Shown in pieces: positions 27,230 to 39,200 of a stretch of DNA of 64,000 nucleotides; position 1 is the first letter of the stretch, and each line of letters starts with the position of its first letter. Source of the DNA: Chitinophaga pinensis (GTDB taxonomy: Bacteria; Bacteroidota; Bacteroidia; UKL13-3); NCBI GenBank assembly GCA_945870425.1, contig CAMBSD010000006.1:69735-133734 (forward strand), given 5' to 3'. The notes under the pieces are model-generated. The model did no database searches, was not told the DNA's origin, and was given only the letters and a program-made list of their open reading frames with translations. The position numbers were made by a program, and so were the translations under genes.

Positions 27230-27765
27230 CCTACAGCTTTGGTTTTAGTAGTTTTAATCTTTTGCCTTTTGTTTATAGCATTTAGAGCATCCAGCAAATT
27301 ATGTTCAGTAATAACTTTTCTTTTGCGACTTAACTCATAAGCCCAATTGTCAATTCTACCGCTGTATAATGTCTCTTTTGACTTACCTAGCACAAATACT
27401 TCGGGAGTTATGGTAGCACCTAATTGCTTGGCAAAAGCAGCTTTTGCATCCATGTATATAGGGATATTTAGCTTGTATTCTTTGATAAAACTTCTGACTT
27501 GTGTTTTGCTGAAATAAGTTCCCGAAACAATACCTAAAAATCTAAAACCTTTGCTTTCAAATTGGCTTTTAAGTTGGTTTATATTTAAAGAATAGCTCTG
27601 GCATAAGGGGCATTCTGGTGATAAAAAATAGATGATGGTAGCTTTATAATTTGAATAATGGTCTATGGAAATTTTCTTTGATTCTAATGTTTCAATCTGT
27701 ATTTTCTCGATTGATCCTAAATGATGAATCCACAAGAATGAAAGTATAAGAAGGAGGGACTTCAT
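27214..27765 (-). CDS. thioredoxin-fold protein (TlpA/AhpC-TSA family, CPLC active site)
   Basis: 183 aa with a signal peptide. The CxxC motif sits in a thioredoxin-like context (IIYFLSPECPLCQ). Confidence 0.6.
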   Translation of the reverse strand: MKSLLLILSFLWIHHLGSIEKIQIETLESKKISIDHYSNYKATIIYFLSPECPLCQSYSLNINQLKSQFESKGFRFLGIVSGTYFSKTQVRSFIKEYKLNIPIYMDAKAAFAKQLGATITPEVFVLGKSKETLYSGRIDNWAYELSRKRKVITEHNLLDALNAINKRQKIKTTKTKAVGCYIE

Positions 27766-27780
27766 TCAATCAACAATGAC

Positions 27781-28599
27781 CTATTTTAAATAGTATCTGA
27801 TTCCTAAATTAAACCCAATACTACTAAATGGTAAGCTTTCTTTTGTTAATTTTCTTGGAACGGAAGTGTTTGATGATGAATTATTATCATATGTATAATT
27901 ATCTGAATATTCTGTCTGCTTATCGCGAATAGTCATATTTGGCAGCATGTCAACTCCATTTGTTTTGCTCTCGGTAACCTCTCCTTTATTTGGAGCATAT
28001 GCCATACTAATAATACTAATTTCACCATATAATGAGATTTTTTCATTTATTTTATAATTTGCTCCAAACCCACTAAAATATCCAAAAGCAAACCCTCCAT
28101 CATATTTTGTTGAAGTAAAATTCGTACTACCACTAGTGACATTATTATCTACTGTTCGCGTAAAAGAGCCAGATCCTACAATTACTCCTAACTTAGCGTA
28201 AGGATGAATTTTTCCAAGTTCCGCAGACATTATTACCGATGGCATAATTCTAAACATTGATGATGAAAAATTAGTGGTTGATTTACTTGATGTGGAATTA
28301 TTTGTAAGGGTAGTAGTGCCACCAAATAAATATGAAACTCCTAGCTCTGTGCCAAAATGTTTATCAAACATATATCCGCAAGCTGCATCTAAATTTGCAC
28401 CCTTTCCTAAGGATATATCTACCCTATCGTATGTTGTAGAACTACTTCCATTTGACATTGAGTTTTCGCTGGAAAATGGAGCTGAATTGAAATTATACCC
28501 TGCATTTAAATTTACATATATTTTTTGGGCAAATGATGCTTGTGTTATCATGCTAAATACTATGAGAAATAGTTTAGTATTGATGTTTTTTGAATTCAT
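27781..28599 (-). CDS. outer-membrane beta-barrel (porin-like) protein
   Basis: 272 aa with a signal peptide, alternating amphipathic beta-strands rich in Gly/Ser/Thr/Tyr, and a C-terminal ..GIRYYLK. Confidence 0.5.
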   Translation of the reverse strand: MNSKNINTKLFLIVFSMITQASFAQKIYVNLNAGYNFNSAPFSSENSMSNGSSSTTYDRVDISLGKGANLDAACGYMFDKHFGTELGVSYLFGGTTTLTNNSTSSKSTTNFSSSMFRIMPSVIMSAELGKIHPYAKLGVIVGSGSFTRTVDNNVTSGSTNFTSTKYDGGFAFGYFSGFGANYKINEKISLYGEISIISMAYAPNKGEVTESKTNGVDMLPNMTIRDKQTEYSDNYTYDNNSSSNTSVPRKLTKESLPFSSIGFNLGIRYYLK

Positions 28600-28665
28600 T
28601 TTTGTTTAGTATTTTAACAAGTACTTTATAAGTTTTTTAATAATATAAAAGGTAATTTATTTATC

Positions 28666-29742
28666 CTACAAAAACGGAACTTTTACCACTTTGGCTTTGA
28701 TGGCTTTGTCACGGATTTCAATAAAGATTTCTGTATCAACTTTTGAGAAAGCTGCACTTACATAACCCATACCAATGCCCTTATTTAAGCTTGGTGATTG
28801 GGTTCCTGAAGTTACCTCACCAATGGTATTTCCATCAACATCTTTTATCATATAATGTTGACGAGGGATACCTCTATCTATCATTTCAAAGCCTACTAAT
28901 TTTTTAGTAGCGCCATTCTCTTTAATGGCTTTGTGATACTCATGGTTGATGAATGGCTTGGTAAATTTTGTAATCCATCCTAAACCAGCTTCAATAGGAG
29001 ATGTGGTATCGTTGATATCATTTCCATATAAACAGAAACCTTTTTCTAAACGTAATGTATCTCTGGCACCCAGGCCAGTAGGCATGATGTCAAATTCTTT
29101 ACCTGCTTCAAAAATCGCATCCCACATTTTACGAGCATCTTTGTTCCAAACATAAATCTCAAATCCACCTGCGCCTGTATAACCTGTATTTGATATGATT
29201 ACATCTTCGCATCCTGCCATGCTACCACCACAGAAGGTGTAGTATTCCATAGCACTCAGGTTTACTTCTGTTAATTTTTGTAACACCTTAATAGCATTTG
29301 GTCCTTGAACAGCCAATAAACTCATGTCATCACTCATGTTTTTCATCTCCACACCAAAGGTGTTGTGTTGGCTAATCCAATTCCAATCTTTATCAATGTT
29401 TGAAGCATTTACTACCAAATAGTATTCGTTTTCGTTCCAACGATACACCAACAAATCATCTACGATTCCACCTTCGTTGTTTGGTAGGCAACTGTATTGC
29501 ACTTTTCCATCTGTAAGTTTACTAGCATCATTAGATGTTACTAATTGAATTAACTCTAATGCCTTTTCACCTTTTAGCATGAACTCACCCATGTGGCTTA
29601 CATCAAAAACACCTACACTGTTGCGCACCGCATTGTGTTCTTGAATTAAATTATTGTAAAGCACGGGCATATTGTACCCTGCAAATTCAATCATTTTCGC
29701 GCCAAGCGAAACGTGTAAGTCGTTAAGTGCTACGTATTTCAT
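28666..29742 (-). CDS. gcvT: glycine cleavage system T protein (aminomethyltransferase)
   Basis: 358 aa with the conserved GcvT architecture and motifs, including [19 protein letters not shown] near the N-terminus. Confidence 0.9.
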   Translation of the reverse strand: MKYVALNDLHVSLGAKMIEFAGYNMPVLYNNLIQEHNAVRNSVGVFDVSHMGEFMLKGEKALELIQLVTSNDASKLTDGKVQYSCLPNNEGGIVDDLLVYRWNENEYYLVVNASNIDKDWNWISQHNTFGVEMKNMSDDMSLLAVQGPNAIKVLQKLTEVNLSAMEYYTFCGGSMAGCEDVIISNTGYTGAGGFEIYVWNKDARKMWDAIFEAGKEFDIMPTGLGARDTLRLEKGFCLYGNDINDTTSPIEAGLGWITKFTKPFINHEYHKAIKENGATKKLVGFEMIDRGIPRQHYMIKDVDGNTIGEVTSGTQSPSLNKGIGMGYVSAAFSKVDTEIFIEIRDKAIKAKVVKVPFL

Positions 29743-29976
29743 CTCTATTGTAAGTGTTTATTTGAAACAAATAAAACAATAAATTGAGAGAGTACCATAT
29801 TATTTACAGAAATCAGTAAATTGGATAATGTAAAATAGGCTTAAAAATGTTTGTTAAAATAGTAAGTCGAAATGATTGCTATGCAAGATAAGTATTTAAT
29901 AGTGATGCAGTGTAATTCTGAGGAACGAAGAATCCTTTACCAAATTTGAAAATGGTAAGTCAATATCTACAATCAA

Positions 29977-32757
29977 CTATATCTTCCTATCAAACCACTC
30001 TCTTCTGCGCGGAGGTAATTTAAGGTCCTGCAGCATGCTAGCTTTGGCTCTAATTTCGAAGATGAAATATTGAAAACCACCAGGAGCAATTGGCATCCAA
30101 TTAAATGTAAACATCCAACAATGCAAATCACGCTTTAAGTCAATTGAAAGTGAGGATATTTTATTATTAACAAAATCGTATCCGCTTGAATATCCAAAAT
30201 TCCAATTTTTGGTAGGTGTTACCGAACCGCTTATACCTAATGTTTGTACATAAGCATTTCTAGGGTAGTATGAATAGGGTGCATTTGCATCATAATTCAA
30301 AGTGTAGCTGAAGGACATGTTCCATGGGATATTAAAAACACTATATCCCATTTTTTCCATTTCTTTATTTCTTTCGGTTTTATGTTTTTCGAGCTTCTTA
30401 AAAGTTTCAGGACTCAATGAAAAGCTAGCTCCCATGTTGGCATTGGTTATTCTACCTAAAATACCAAACTCATTTATATAAAGTCTATTTACTCTTACTA
30501 CATTGATGGTGTTATTAACAACCTTGTTTACCACCACATTTACATATGGGTCAATGGTTGAGTTGAAGCGCAGTTGTACATTTTTGAATATGGTTGTAAA
30601 CGCGTTAAAGTTTAAAGTGCTAAAACGCATTGAGTCTGCAAAAATATTGTAAGATCCATTGATGCTAATTGACTCGAATAGTTTTATTTTTTCTTCTTTC
30701 ATCGCAGTGTCTTTGCCTGTGCGTACTTTCATTTCTATATTGTTATCAAAGCCAAAAGTTATATTGCCTTGTTTACCTATGCTTGGTGCATTGGCTCCTG
30801 TTCCTTCAAAGATTGAATATTTATACTCTTTGCCCGTTGAGTCTTTGTATGTTTTGTACATTTCCCACATGGCATCACTAAAGTCAGGAGTGAAACTGAA
30901 CCCGAAATTAGGATTGATAACATGCCTAATTGCAGCAATTTTACCTTTACTGAAATTCAATTGTCCATACCATCTCGTAGCCAAACTAGCGCTGGTTCCA
31001 AAACTATATGCCCTTCCAAATTCTTTTACCTTTCTTGTTACTATTTGGTTTTTAAGTTCGCCTGTATCTTCTATGTCTTTTCTGATGGTTTGAAAGGTCC
31101 AACTTTCTCTATAGTTTACAGACGTTGAAAGTGTGTAATATTTGAATAATTTAAATGAGGTTTGCAAAGGAATGGCATGATTGATACTATATCTATATGT
31201 GGTATCTAAATAATTTATCCATTGACTTTCTGTTCTATTCCTAAGTAATAAAGAATCTTTGGTATTTATTGTACCGCTGATACTTCCCGTATAATTGGTA
31301 CTAATATTCTCATACCACTTATCAGCAGTGGGTTTCCATTTTGGTTTAAATGGTTGAAAACTACTTACCGTAAAATTAACATCCGGTAAAGTGATAGACA
31401 AATCTCTAGTCTGGGTATTTTGTGAAATACGCGTATTCGTAGAAAGGTTGTATTTTCCTTTTGCAAATGATTTGTTATAAGAAATGCTAGAAGTGATGGT
31501 ATTGGCAAAACCTAGGTTGTTCCTGTTAAAACTATTTTGTGCGTAATAATTTGCACTAACCAAATTTACATTGGCTGAAAAGTTAACATTGGGTCTTGAC
31601 TTGGGATCCATTCTATGGCTCCACACAAAGTTGAATTGAGTGTTTTCATTGTATGTGGGGTCTTCCACATTTCCATTTTTGTTTTTGAAATATTCGAAAC
31701 TCAAATTGCCGCTATATCTGTATCTATTCGCGTATCTTGTGCTTAGTCTGCCAGCAAAACTAAGGTTGGTCCATAAATCGCCTGTTACGCTTAAATCGAA
31801 TTTGTCAGAAAGACCAAAGTAATAGCCACCCCTATTCAAAAAATATCCCCTACCAGGAGAAAAACCATAGGCAGGAATTATCACACCAGACTGCTGTCCT
31901 CTTTTTAAAGGAAATATGCCGAATGGAAGGATAGGAGGTGTTCTAATTCCTTCAAAGACTAATCTTGCAGGGCCCGTAATAACTTTTTTACCTGGGACTA
32001 CTTTTAATTTTGAAGCTTCTATATAAAAGTGAGGATCATCGATTTGGTAGCAAGTGGTGTAATATGCATCTCGTATGTAAAAATTATTTTCTTGGTCACG
32101 TTTCACTTTTTGACCCCTTATATACCCCTCGCCTTCTTTGGTTTTAAATTCTTTTAAATAGCCTTTATTTGTGCTGTAGTTAAAAGTAATTTCTTGGGCA
32201 TTGTATTCAGTTCCTCCTTGCTTAAATTGGGGTGTTCCTACCAATTCACCTGTTGAATCTTCTTTACCATAACTTTTAAAGGTATTCTTATTTAAATTTA
32301 TTTCTAAAATCTCAGATTTGTTGATTAAATCTCCATAATTGACTTGTGCATTCCCAAAAAGGTACACGGTTTTGTTTGTTTCAGTATATACAATTGAGTC
32401 GTCAGCAGAATATTTCACTTTGGTTTTGATAGCTGATTTAGTTCGAGGTAAATAATTGCTATCTTTTTGATTATCATAAATGGAATCTTGATTATTTAAA
32501 CTGCGGTTAATTCCGTTTAAATTGCTTTTAGTTGAAATTAAACTATCTGATAATCTATTATTTACGTTTTTTGTTGAATCATAACTAGTATTAGTTATTG
32601 CTGTTTTAGCTTTAGTTCCATTAACTTGCTGCGAAATAGACATATATGGCATTGCTAAAATCAGTAAAAAACCGTATATGAATTTATTTGGCAAGGACCT
32701 TGCAAATTCTTTTTGACGATTTGAATATTTTGAAATAAATGTTACCAATGGGCACAA
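29977..32757 (-). CDS. lptD: LptD/OstA-like outer-membrane LPS-assembly protein
   Basis: 926 aa. Has an OstA-like N-domain (SADDSIVYTETNKTVYLFGNAQVNYGD) and a large C-terminal beta-barrel containing RGGYYFGLSDKFDLSVTGDLWTN. Its start overlaps the divergent amidase start. Confidence 0.55.
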   Translation of the reverse strand: MCPLVTFISKYSNRQKEFARSLPNKFIYGFLLILAMPYMSISQQVNGTKAKTAITNTSYDSTKNVNNRLSDSLISTKSNLNGINRSLNNQDSIYDNQKDSNYLPRTKSAIKTKVKYSADDSIVYTETNKTVYLFGNAQVNYGDLINKSEILEINLNKNTFKSYGKEDSTGELVGTPQFKQGGTEYNAQEITFNYSTNKGYLKEFKTKEGEGYIRGQKVKRDQENNFYIRDAYYTTCYQIDDPHFYIEASKLKVVPGKKVITGPARLVFEGIRTPPILPFGIFPLKRGQQSGVIIPAYGFSPGRGYFLNRGGYYFGLSDKFDLSVTGDLWTNLSFAGRLSTRYANRYRYSGNLSFEYFKNKNGNVEDPTYNENTQFNFVWSHRMDPKSRPNVNFSANVNLVSANYYAQNSFNRNNLGFANTITSSISYNKSFAKGKYNLSTNTRISQNTQTRDLSITLPDVNFTVSSFQPFKPKWKPTADKWYENISTNYTGSISGTINTKDSLLLRNRTESQWINYLDTTYRYSINHAIPLQTSFKLFKYYTLSTSVNYRESWTFQTIRKDIEDTGELKNQIVTRKVKEFGRAYSFGTSASLATRWYGQLNFSKGKIAAIRHVINPNFGFSFTPDFSDAMWEMYKTYKDSTGKEYKYSIFEGTGANAPSIGKQGNITFGFDNNIEMKVRTGKDTAMKEEKIKLFESISINGSYNIFADSMRFSTLNFNAFTTIFKNVQLRFNSTIDPYVNVVVNKVVNNTINVVRVNRLYINEFGILGRITNANMGASFSLSPETFKKLEKHKTERNKEMEKMGYSVFNIPWNMSFSYTLNYDANAPYSYYPRNAYVQTLGISGSVTPTKNWNFGYSSGYDFVNNKISSLSIDLKRDLHCWMFTFNWMPIAPGGFQYFIFEIRAKASMLQDLKLPPRRREWFDRKI

Positions 32758-33569
32758 AACTAACTAAAGTATTAAACTTCACGAAACTTGAAAATTTCGT
32801 GCCGTTTATTATTGTGTTGGTAATTTTATGTGCAGCCAAACCTGCTTTACACAACAAACAAGTGAGAGTCATCGTAATAGATGCTGGACATGGTGGTAAA
32901 GACCCTGGCTGCAATTATAATGGAGTAAAAGAAAAAAATGTTACCCTGCAAATAGCATTGGCAACAGGAAAAAAAATTCAAGAGCTTCTGCCTGATGTGA
33001 AAATCATATACACACGCAACTCGGATAAATTTATCGAACTTCATCAAAGGGCTGAAATAGCTAATAAGGCAGAAGCAGATTTATTTATATCTATACATTG
33101 CAATGCCAATAAAAATGTGAATGTGTCTGGTACAGAAACTTTTGCTATGGGATTGCACAAAGCCAATGATAACCTTGATGTATCCATGCGTGAGAATGGA
33201 GCAATCTTATTAGAAAGCAATTACCAAGAAAATTACGAAGGTTTTGATCCTAATTCACCTGAAACGCATATCATATTATCTCTTTATCAAAACGCCTATT
33301 TGGAAAAGAGTTTAAAATTAGCTTCTAAAATTGAGCAAAATCTTGGCAAACAGATTGAAAGATTTAGTAGAGGGGTAAAACAAGCAGGCTTTCTGGTGCT
33401 ATGGCAAACCAAAATGCCAAGTATTCTAATTGAAACTGGATTTTTAAGTAATAAGTCTGACAGAGAAATGCTTATTAGTGAAAATGGTGTGGATAAAATT
33501 TCTACAGGCATAGCCCGTTCGGTAGTTGAATACAAGCAGTTGGGTGAAAGTTCGTTGGTCAAAAATTAA
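32739..33569 (+). CDS. N-acetylmuramoyl-L-alanine amidase (AmiC/Amidase_3 family)
   Basis: 276 aa with a signal anchor and a VIDAGHGGKDPG zinc-site motif. Confidence 0.8.
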   Translation: MLPMGTKLTKVLNFTKLENFVPFIIVLVILCAAKPALHNKQVRVIVIDAGHGGKDPGCNYNGVKEKNVTLQIALATGKKIQELLPDVKIIYTRNSDKFIELHQRAEIANKAEADLFISIHCNANKNVNVSGTETFAMGLHKANDNLDVSMRENGAILLESNYQENYEGFDPNSPETHIILSLYQNAYLEKSLKLASKIEQNLGKQIERFSRGVKQAGFLVLWQTKMPSILIETGFLSNKSDREMLISENGVDKISTGIARSVVEYKQLGESSLVKN

Positions 33570-33634
33570 ATCCTATATATTTCTTTCTCTTTGCTTTGGC
33601 TAAATTTTATATTTTTGCCTAAATTATTTTTGTC

Positions 33635-34621
33635 TTGAAAACTAAAGAATTCAAAGTTGGCTTATTTGTAGCCGCTGCCATCACTGTTTTATATTTTGGG
33701 TACAATTTCTTAAAAGGAAAAAAATTTTTTTCCTCGTACAATAGGTACTATGTTGTTTATAATAGCGTTGATGGTGTAGTAAACTCCACACCTGTTTATA
33801 TCAATGGTTTTAAAGTAGGTCAGGTTGAGAAAATTGGTTTAGCCGATGAGGCTAATACAGACAAAATTTTGGTTACATTGTTTGTTAATGAAAAAATAAA
33901 GATAGGTAAAGGAAGCACCTCACTGATTAGTAGCCAAGATTTATTAGGCGGAAAGGCCATAAAGATACTTTTGAATGATACCAATGCCTACCTATCTGAC
34001 GAAGATACTCTAATTGGTGACAAAGAAATGGATTTAACCACCTCTATTAGTAATATGGTGGCACCCATAAAAGATAAGAGCGAGCAGGTGCTGATGACCC
34101 TCGACAAAGTTTTAGGGTCTTTAAGACAAGTTTTTGATAATAAAGGAACACAGAATTTATCTAACACACTTATTGATTTAAGTGCTACACTTCATAACCT
34201 AAGAAATACTACTGAAACCATCAATACATTTGCGTCAACTGAGAGTATTCATTTGCAAAAAGCAAGTAGAAATGTAGAAACCATAACTTCTAGCATTGCT
34301 AAAAACAGCGATAACCTTAATAAAATGATTAAGAATTTGAGCATAATATCAGATTCACTTTCTAAATCAAATATGAAGAGTACTATTAATAACTTAGAAA
34401 AGGTAAGTGCTGAAATGGCTTTGCTGCTACAAAAGATTAATAAAGGTGAAGGAACCATGGGCAAATTAGCCAATGATAAAGAATTGTATGATAACCTAAA
34501 TAAATCAACTGCTGAATTGCAATTACTTTTGGCCGATCTTCATAAGAATCCATCCCGTTATGTGCATTTTTCTGTTTTTGGAGGTGGATCTAAACCAAAA
34601 GAGAATACGAAAACAAAATAA
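33635..34621 (+). CDS. MlaD/Mce-family periplasmic lipid-transport substrate-binding protein
   Basis: 328 aa with an N-terminal TM anchor followed by an MCE domain (VYINGFKVGQVEKI). The extended helical C-terminus is typical of Bacteroidetes MlaD-like proteins. Confidence 0.6.
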   Translation: MKTKEFKVGLFVAAAITVLYFGYNFLKGKKFFSSYNRYYVVYNSVDGVVNSTPVYINGFKVGQVEKIGLADEANTDKILVTLFVNEKIKIGKGSTSLISSQDLLGGKAIKILLNDTNAYLSDEDTLIGDKEMDLTTSISNMVAPIKDKSEQVLMTLDKVLGSLRQVFDNKGTQNLSNTLIDLSATLHNLRNTTETINTFASTESIHLQKASRNVETITSSIAKNSDNLNKMIKNLSIISDSLSKSNMKSTINNLEKVSAEMALLLQKINKGEGTMGKLANDKELYDNLNKSTAELQLLLADLHKNPSRYVHFSVFGGGSKPKENTKTK

Positions 34622-34881
34622 TTTAAGTTTGTTAATGTTTCTGAATTTTGATTAGCACTTTAATTCACCAATCATTTTAAAGCGATATTAGATAATTATC
34701 AAGTTCCTTTCCTAACTAATTTCGTATTTTATTTAAGAGTATCAAATTGTTTTATTTAGATAGATTCTAAATAAAATTTATTTCAGAATTGATATTCCCT
34801 TTTGCTTTTTGTTTTTATATTCGCGAGCCTTTATTAGGCTAGATTTGACTAAAGTCAGGTTTTAAAATGGCAATGCTGTTA

Positions 34882-34889
34882 TAGCTTTG
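34882..34889 (+). promoter_or_regulatory. candidate -7 box (TAGCTTTG) for the alternative complex III operon
   Basis: Matches TAnnTTTG and lies 31 nt upstream of the actA ATG. A second match (TATTTTTG) sits at 34909-34916. Confidence 0.3.
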
Positions 34890-34919
34890 TAAGCGTTTCG
34901 TAAAAAAATATTTTTGTAA

Positions 34920-36182
34920 ATGAAGTTCCATAAATTACTATCGTTTTTAACTGCACTCCTATTATCGACAAATCTTTTATTTGCCGATGCAGCGGAAGGA
35001 GAAAAATTATTTAATGCTAATTGTACTGCTTGTCACGCTATTAATGACAAAGTGGTTGGTCCTGCTTTAAAAGATGTAGACAAGCGACATACAGAAGCTT
35101 GGCTTATTAAGTGGATTAAAAATTCGCAAGCTATGGTTAAATCTGGTGATGCTGAGGCATTAAAGATTTACAATGAGTATAATCAATCAGTAATGACTGC
35201 TTTTCCTCAATTTAGTGATGCACAAGTAAAATCAATACTAGCGTATGTAAAAACAGGTGGTCCTGCTAAGCCAGTAGAAACTGCAACGGCAAATGTTTCT
35301 GCTCAACCTGCAGGTGATAGTTTCTATAATGATACTACCTTCTATGGTTTGTTAATCATCTCAGTTATCTTATTGGTAATTGTTTGGGTATTGGTAAGCA
35401 TCAGAAAAGTAGTTGACCAACTATTTATACAAAAACTTCCTGATGCAGCTGCTGACATAATTCAGCATGTTAGTTGGAAAGACAATCGCAAATCTTTCCG
35501 TTATAAATTATTTAAAAAGCATCCCGTTGTTGGTACTTTGTTTGTAATGGGTATGTTTACCATTGTTTTTGGTCTAATCGGATTTGATTATGGCAACAAA
35601 AAAGTAGGTGTTCAAAAAGGATATGCTCCAACTCAACCTATTGCTTACTCCCATGAATTGCATGCAGGTAAATATAAAATCAACTGCCAATATTGCCACT
35701 CTGGTGCAGATAAGGGCAAGCAAGCATCTATTCCTTCGGCAAGCACATGTATGAACTGTCACGCGCATGTTCAAGCCAAAGAAAAATACAATGGCTCAGT
35801 GTCTCCTGAGATCCAAAAAATATACACAGCTGTAGGTTGGGATCCCGAAAAGCGTGCTTATATACCTGATTATAAAAAACAGCCTATCAAATGGATTCGT
35901 ATACACAACCTACCTGACCATGCATATTTCAATCATGCACAACATGTTAAGATTGGTAAAGTGGAGTGTCAAGCTTGTCATGGTCCTATTGAAACAATGA
36001 AAGTGGTTAGCCAACAACGTAGTTTGCAAATGGGATGGTGTATCAATTGCCACCGTGAAGCAAAAGTGGATGTTGCTAATAACAAGTACTACGAAGAATT
36101 GCACAAAAATTTGAAAGCTGAAGGCAAAAGCATTACAGTTGCTCAAAATGGTGGTTTAGAATGTGCTAAATGCCACTACTAA
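34920..36182 (+). CDS. actA: alternative complex III subunit ActA (multihaem cytochrome c)
   Basis: 420 aa with six CxxCH motifs, a signal peptide and a central TM anchor. First gene of an actABCDEF-like cluster. Confidence 0.75.
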   Translation: MKFHKLLSFLTALLLSTNLLFADAAEGEKLFNANCTACHAINDKVVGPALKDVDKRHTEAWLIKWIKNSQAMVKSGDAEALKIYNEYNQSVMTAFPQFSDAQVKSILAYVKTGGPAKPVETATANVSAQPAGDSFYNDTTFYGLLIISVILLVIVWVLVSIRKVVDQLFIQKLPDAAADIIQHVSWKDNRKSFRYKLFKKHPVVGTLFVMGMFTIVFGLIGFDYGNKKVGVQKGYAPTQPIAYSHELHAGKYKINCQYCHSGADKGKQASIPSASTCMNCHAHVQAKEKYNGSVSPEIQKIYTAVGWDPEKRAYIPDYKKQPIKWIRIHNLPDHAYFNHAQHVKIGKVECQACHGPIETMKVVSQQRSLQMGWCINCHREAKVDVANNKYYEELHKNLKAEGKSITVAQNGGLECAKCHY

Positions 36183-36231
36183 TTTAATTTCAGAAAAATA
36201 AATCTAGAATCTAATTACGAAAAGATTATAA

Positions 36232-39200
36232 ATGGAAAACAATAATAAATACTGGAAAGGCCTTGAAGAGCTAAATAATGATGCCGCATTTGCTGCTCGT
36301 AAAAAAAACGAATTTGCCGAAGGTATTCCATTAGAAGAAGTATTAAGCGAAAGTGATGGAGATTTATCTTCAACTAGACGTGATTTTTTAAAGTATTTTG
36401 GATTTAGTATTTCAGCAGTTGCCTTGGCTGCTTGTAATACAACTCCTGTTAAAAATGCTATACCTTATATTGTTAAACCTGAAAATATTACTCCGGGTAT
36501 TCCTAATTGGTATGCTACAACTTGTGGTGCTTGTGCCAGTGGATGTAGCATCTTGGTTAAAACCCGCGAAGGTCGTCCTGTAAAGATTGAAGGAAGTGAT
36601 AATGCAAATGCATTTAACAAAGGTGGTGTTTGTGCTACTGGCCATGCTAGTTTATTAGGATTGTATGATAACGAAAGACTTCGTATGCCTAAATCAGGTA
36701 ACGCTGATGCTACATGGGATGCAGTAGATAAAGATATCAAAGGCGCTCTAGCTTCTGCAAAAAATATCCGTTTAATTACATCAACAATCAATAGCCCAAC
36801 TACTAAAAAAGCTATTGCTGAATTTACTGCAAAATATCCGTCAACTAAAACCATTACGTATGAAGCAGTTTCATACAATGGATTGATTGAAGCCAACAAA
36901 CAAGCTTTTGGCAAAGCAGTTGTGCCTTCATACAAATTTGACAAAGCTAAAGTTATTGTAAGTTTTGGCGCTGATTTCTTAGGTACTTGGATTTCTCCTG
37001 TTGAATTTACAAAACAATGGGTGGCTAATCGCAAGGCTGAAAATAAAACCATGAGCCGTCATATTCAGTTTGAGTCAAACCTTTCATTGACGGGTTCAAA
37101 TGCTGATATGCGTTTCCCAATCCGCCCTTCTGCTGAAGGTGTTGTTTTGATTAGCTTATATAACAAAATTGCTGCTTTGGCTGGTGCGCCAACCTTAGCA
37201 ACTGCTGGTAATATCGAATTGGCTTTGAATGCTATCGAGCTAACAGCTAAAGAATTATACAATGCAAAAGGAAACTCAATTGTAGTTTCTGGCTCAAATA
37301 ATATCGACAATCAATTATTGGTAGCTGCTATCAATAGCATGTTAGGTAATATCGGTTCAACCATTGATATCGACAACCCATCAAATCAAGTTGGTGGTGA
37401 CGATGCTGCATTCGAAGCATTTGTTAGTGATATGAACAGTGGTAAAGTTGATGCAGTTATTTTTTATAATTCAAACCCTGCATACAGCTACTACAATGCT
37501 GAAAAATTCAAAACTGGACTGAAAAAAGTAGCATTGAGTATTTCTACCAATGCTTCTACTGACGAAACAGGTGAATTATGTAAATACCAAACTCCAGATA
37601 ACCATTATTTGGAATCATGGGGTGATGCAGAGCCTAAAGCAGGCTACTTCGCATTAACTCAGCCAACAATTAGCAATGTGTTTACAACCCGTCAAGCACA
37701 AACAAGTTTATTGACTTGGACTGGAAACACAACTGATTACTATACGTATTTGAAACAAAATTGGGTTGGTTCGGTAGTTGCCTCAGAGTCTGAATTTAAC
37801 CAAGTTTTGCATGATGGTTTTGTGAGAAAAGCAACTGCTGAAGCAAAATCATATAGTAATGCAGCCTCATTAGCTGGAGTGGTTAATCCTGCTTACACGA
37901 GCTATAACAGCGCTAAAGGTAAAACGGAATTAAAATTATATCAAAAAGTAGCTATTGGAGATGGAACACATGCAAACAATCCTTGGTTGCAAGAAATGCC
38001 TGATCCAATTTCAAAAGTTTGTTGGGACAATTACTTGGCCATTGGCAAAGTAACTGCTGATAAATATAAATTAAAAGATGGAGATGTGGCCAATGTAAAA
38101 GTTGGTAATGTAACTATTGAGAAATTGCCTGTATTGGTTCAACCTGGACAAGCGAATGATACTGTTTCTTTGGCTGTAGGTTATGGTCATAGCAAAGGTA
38201 AAGTAGCTGCTTCTGGTAAAAATGTATATTCATTTGCTAATTACAGCAATGGTTCATTCGGCTATATGAGTGCAGATGTAACTATTGAAAAAGCAAGCGG
38301 AGATTATGAATTAGCTCAAACTCAAACGCATCATACTATTGAAGGTCGTAACTTGATTCGCGAAGCTAATTTGGCTGAATACATCAAAGATCCTAAAGCT
38401 GGTAATCACTTCCATACTCACATAGTAAGTTTGTGGGAAGAGCATGATTACAAAGGTCACAAATGGGGTATGGCAATCGATATGAATGCTTGTACTGGTT
38501 GTGGTGCTTGTGTGGTTAGCTGTAATGCAGAAAACAATGTACCTGTAGTGGGTCGCAAAGAGATTATCCGTGGTCGTGAGATGCATTGGATTCGTATCGA
38601 TAGATACTATAGCTTTAAAGACAGCAAAGGTGAAGTTACTACCAAAGAAAAAGAATTAGCAAAAAAAGGTGATGATGTTAACTACGAAAATGTTCGTGTA
38701 ACATACCAACCAATGATGTGTCAGCATTGCGGTCATGCGCCATGCGAAACAGTTTGTCCAGTATTGGCAACCGTTCATAGCTCTGAAGGATTGAACCAAA
38801 TGGCTTATAACCGTTGCGTTGGAACTCGCTATTGTGCAAACAACTGTCCATACAAAGTCCGTAGATTCAACTGGTTTAAATACCGTGCGAATGACGATTT
38901 TGATTTCAACATGAACAATGATTTAGGTCGTATGGTAATCAATCCAGATGTGACTGTTCGTTCACGTGGGGTTATGGAAAAATGTTCATTCTGTGTTCAG
39001 CGTATTCAAGCTGGTAAATTGAAAGCTAAGATTGAAAATCGCATCATTAAAGATGGTGATATCAAAACAGCTTGTCAACAATCATGTCCTGCTGATGCTC
39101 TGGTATTTGGCGATATGAATGATAAGAACAGTGAAATTTCTAAATTATTTAAAAACGAAAGAAGTTATGTGTTATTGGAAGAGTACAACGTGCAACCTTC

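Noticed and set aside
29743-29976. Possible glycine riboswitch in the 234-bp leader of gcvT
   Set aside because: I could not find the paired GGAGAG..CACCG / ACCGAAGGGG cores of the glycine aptamers on the transcribed strand. No call is made without a covariance-model scan (Rfam RF00504).
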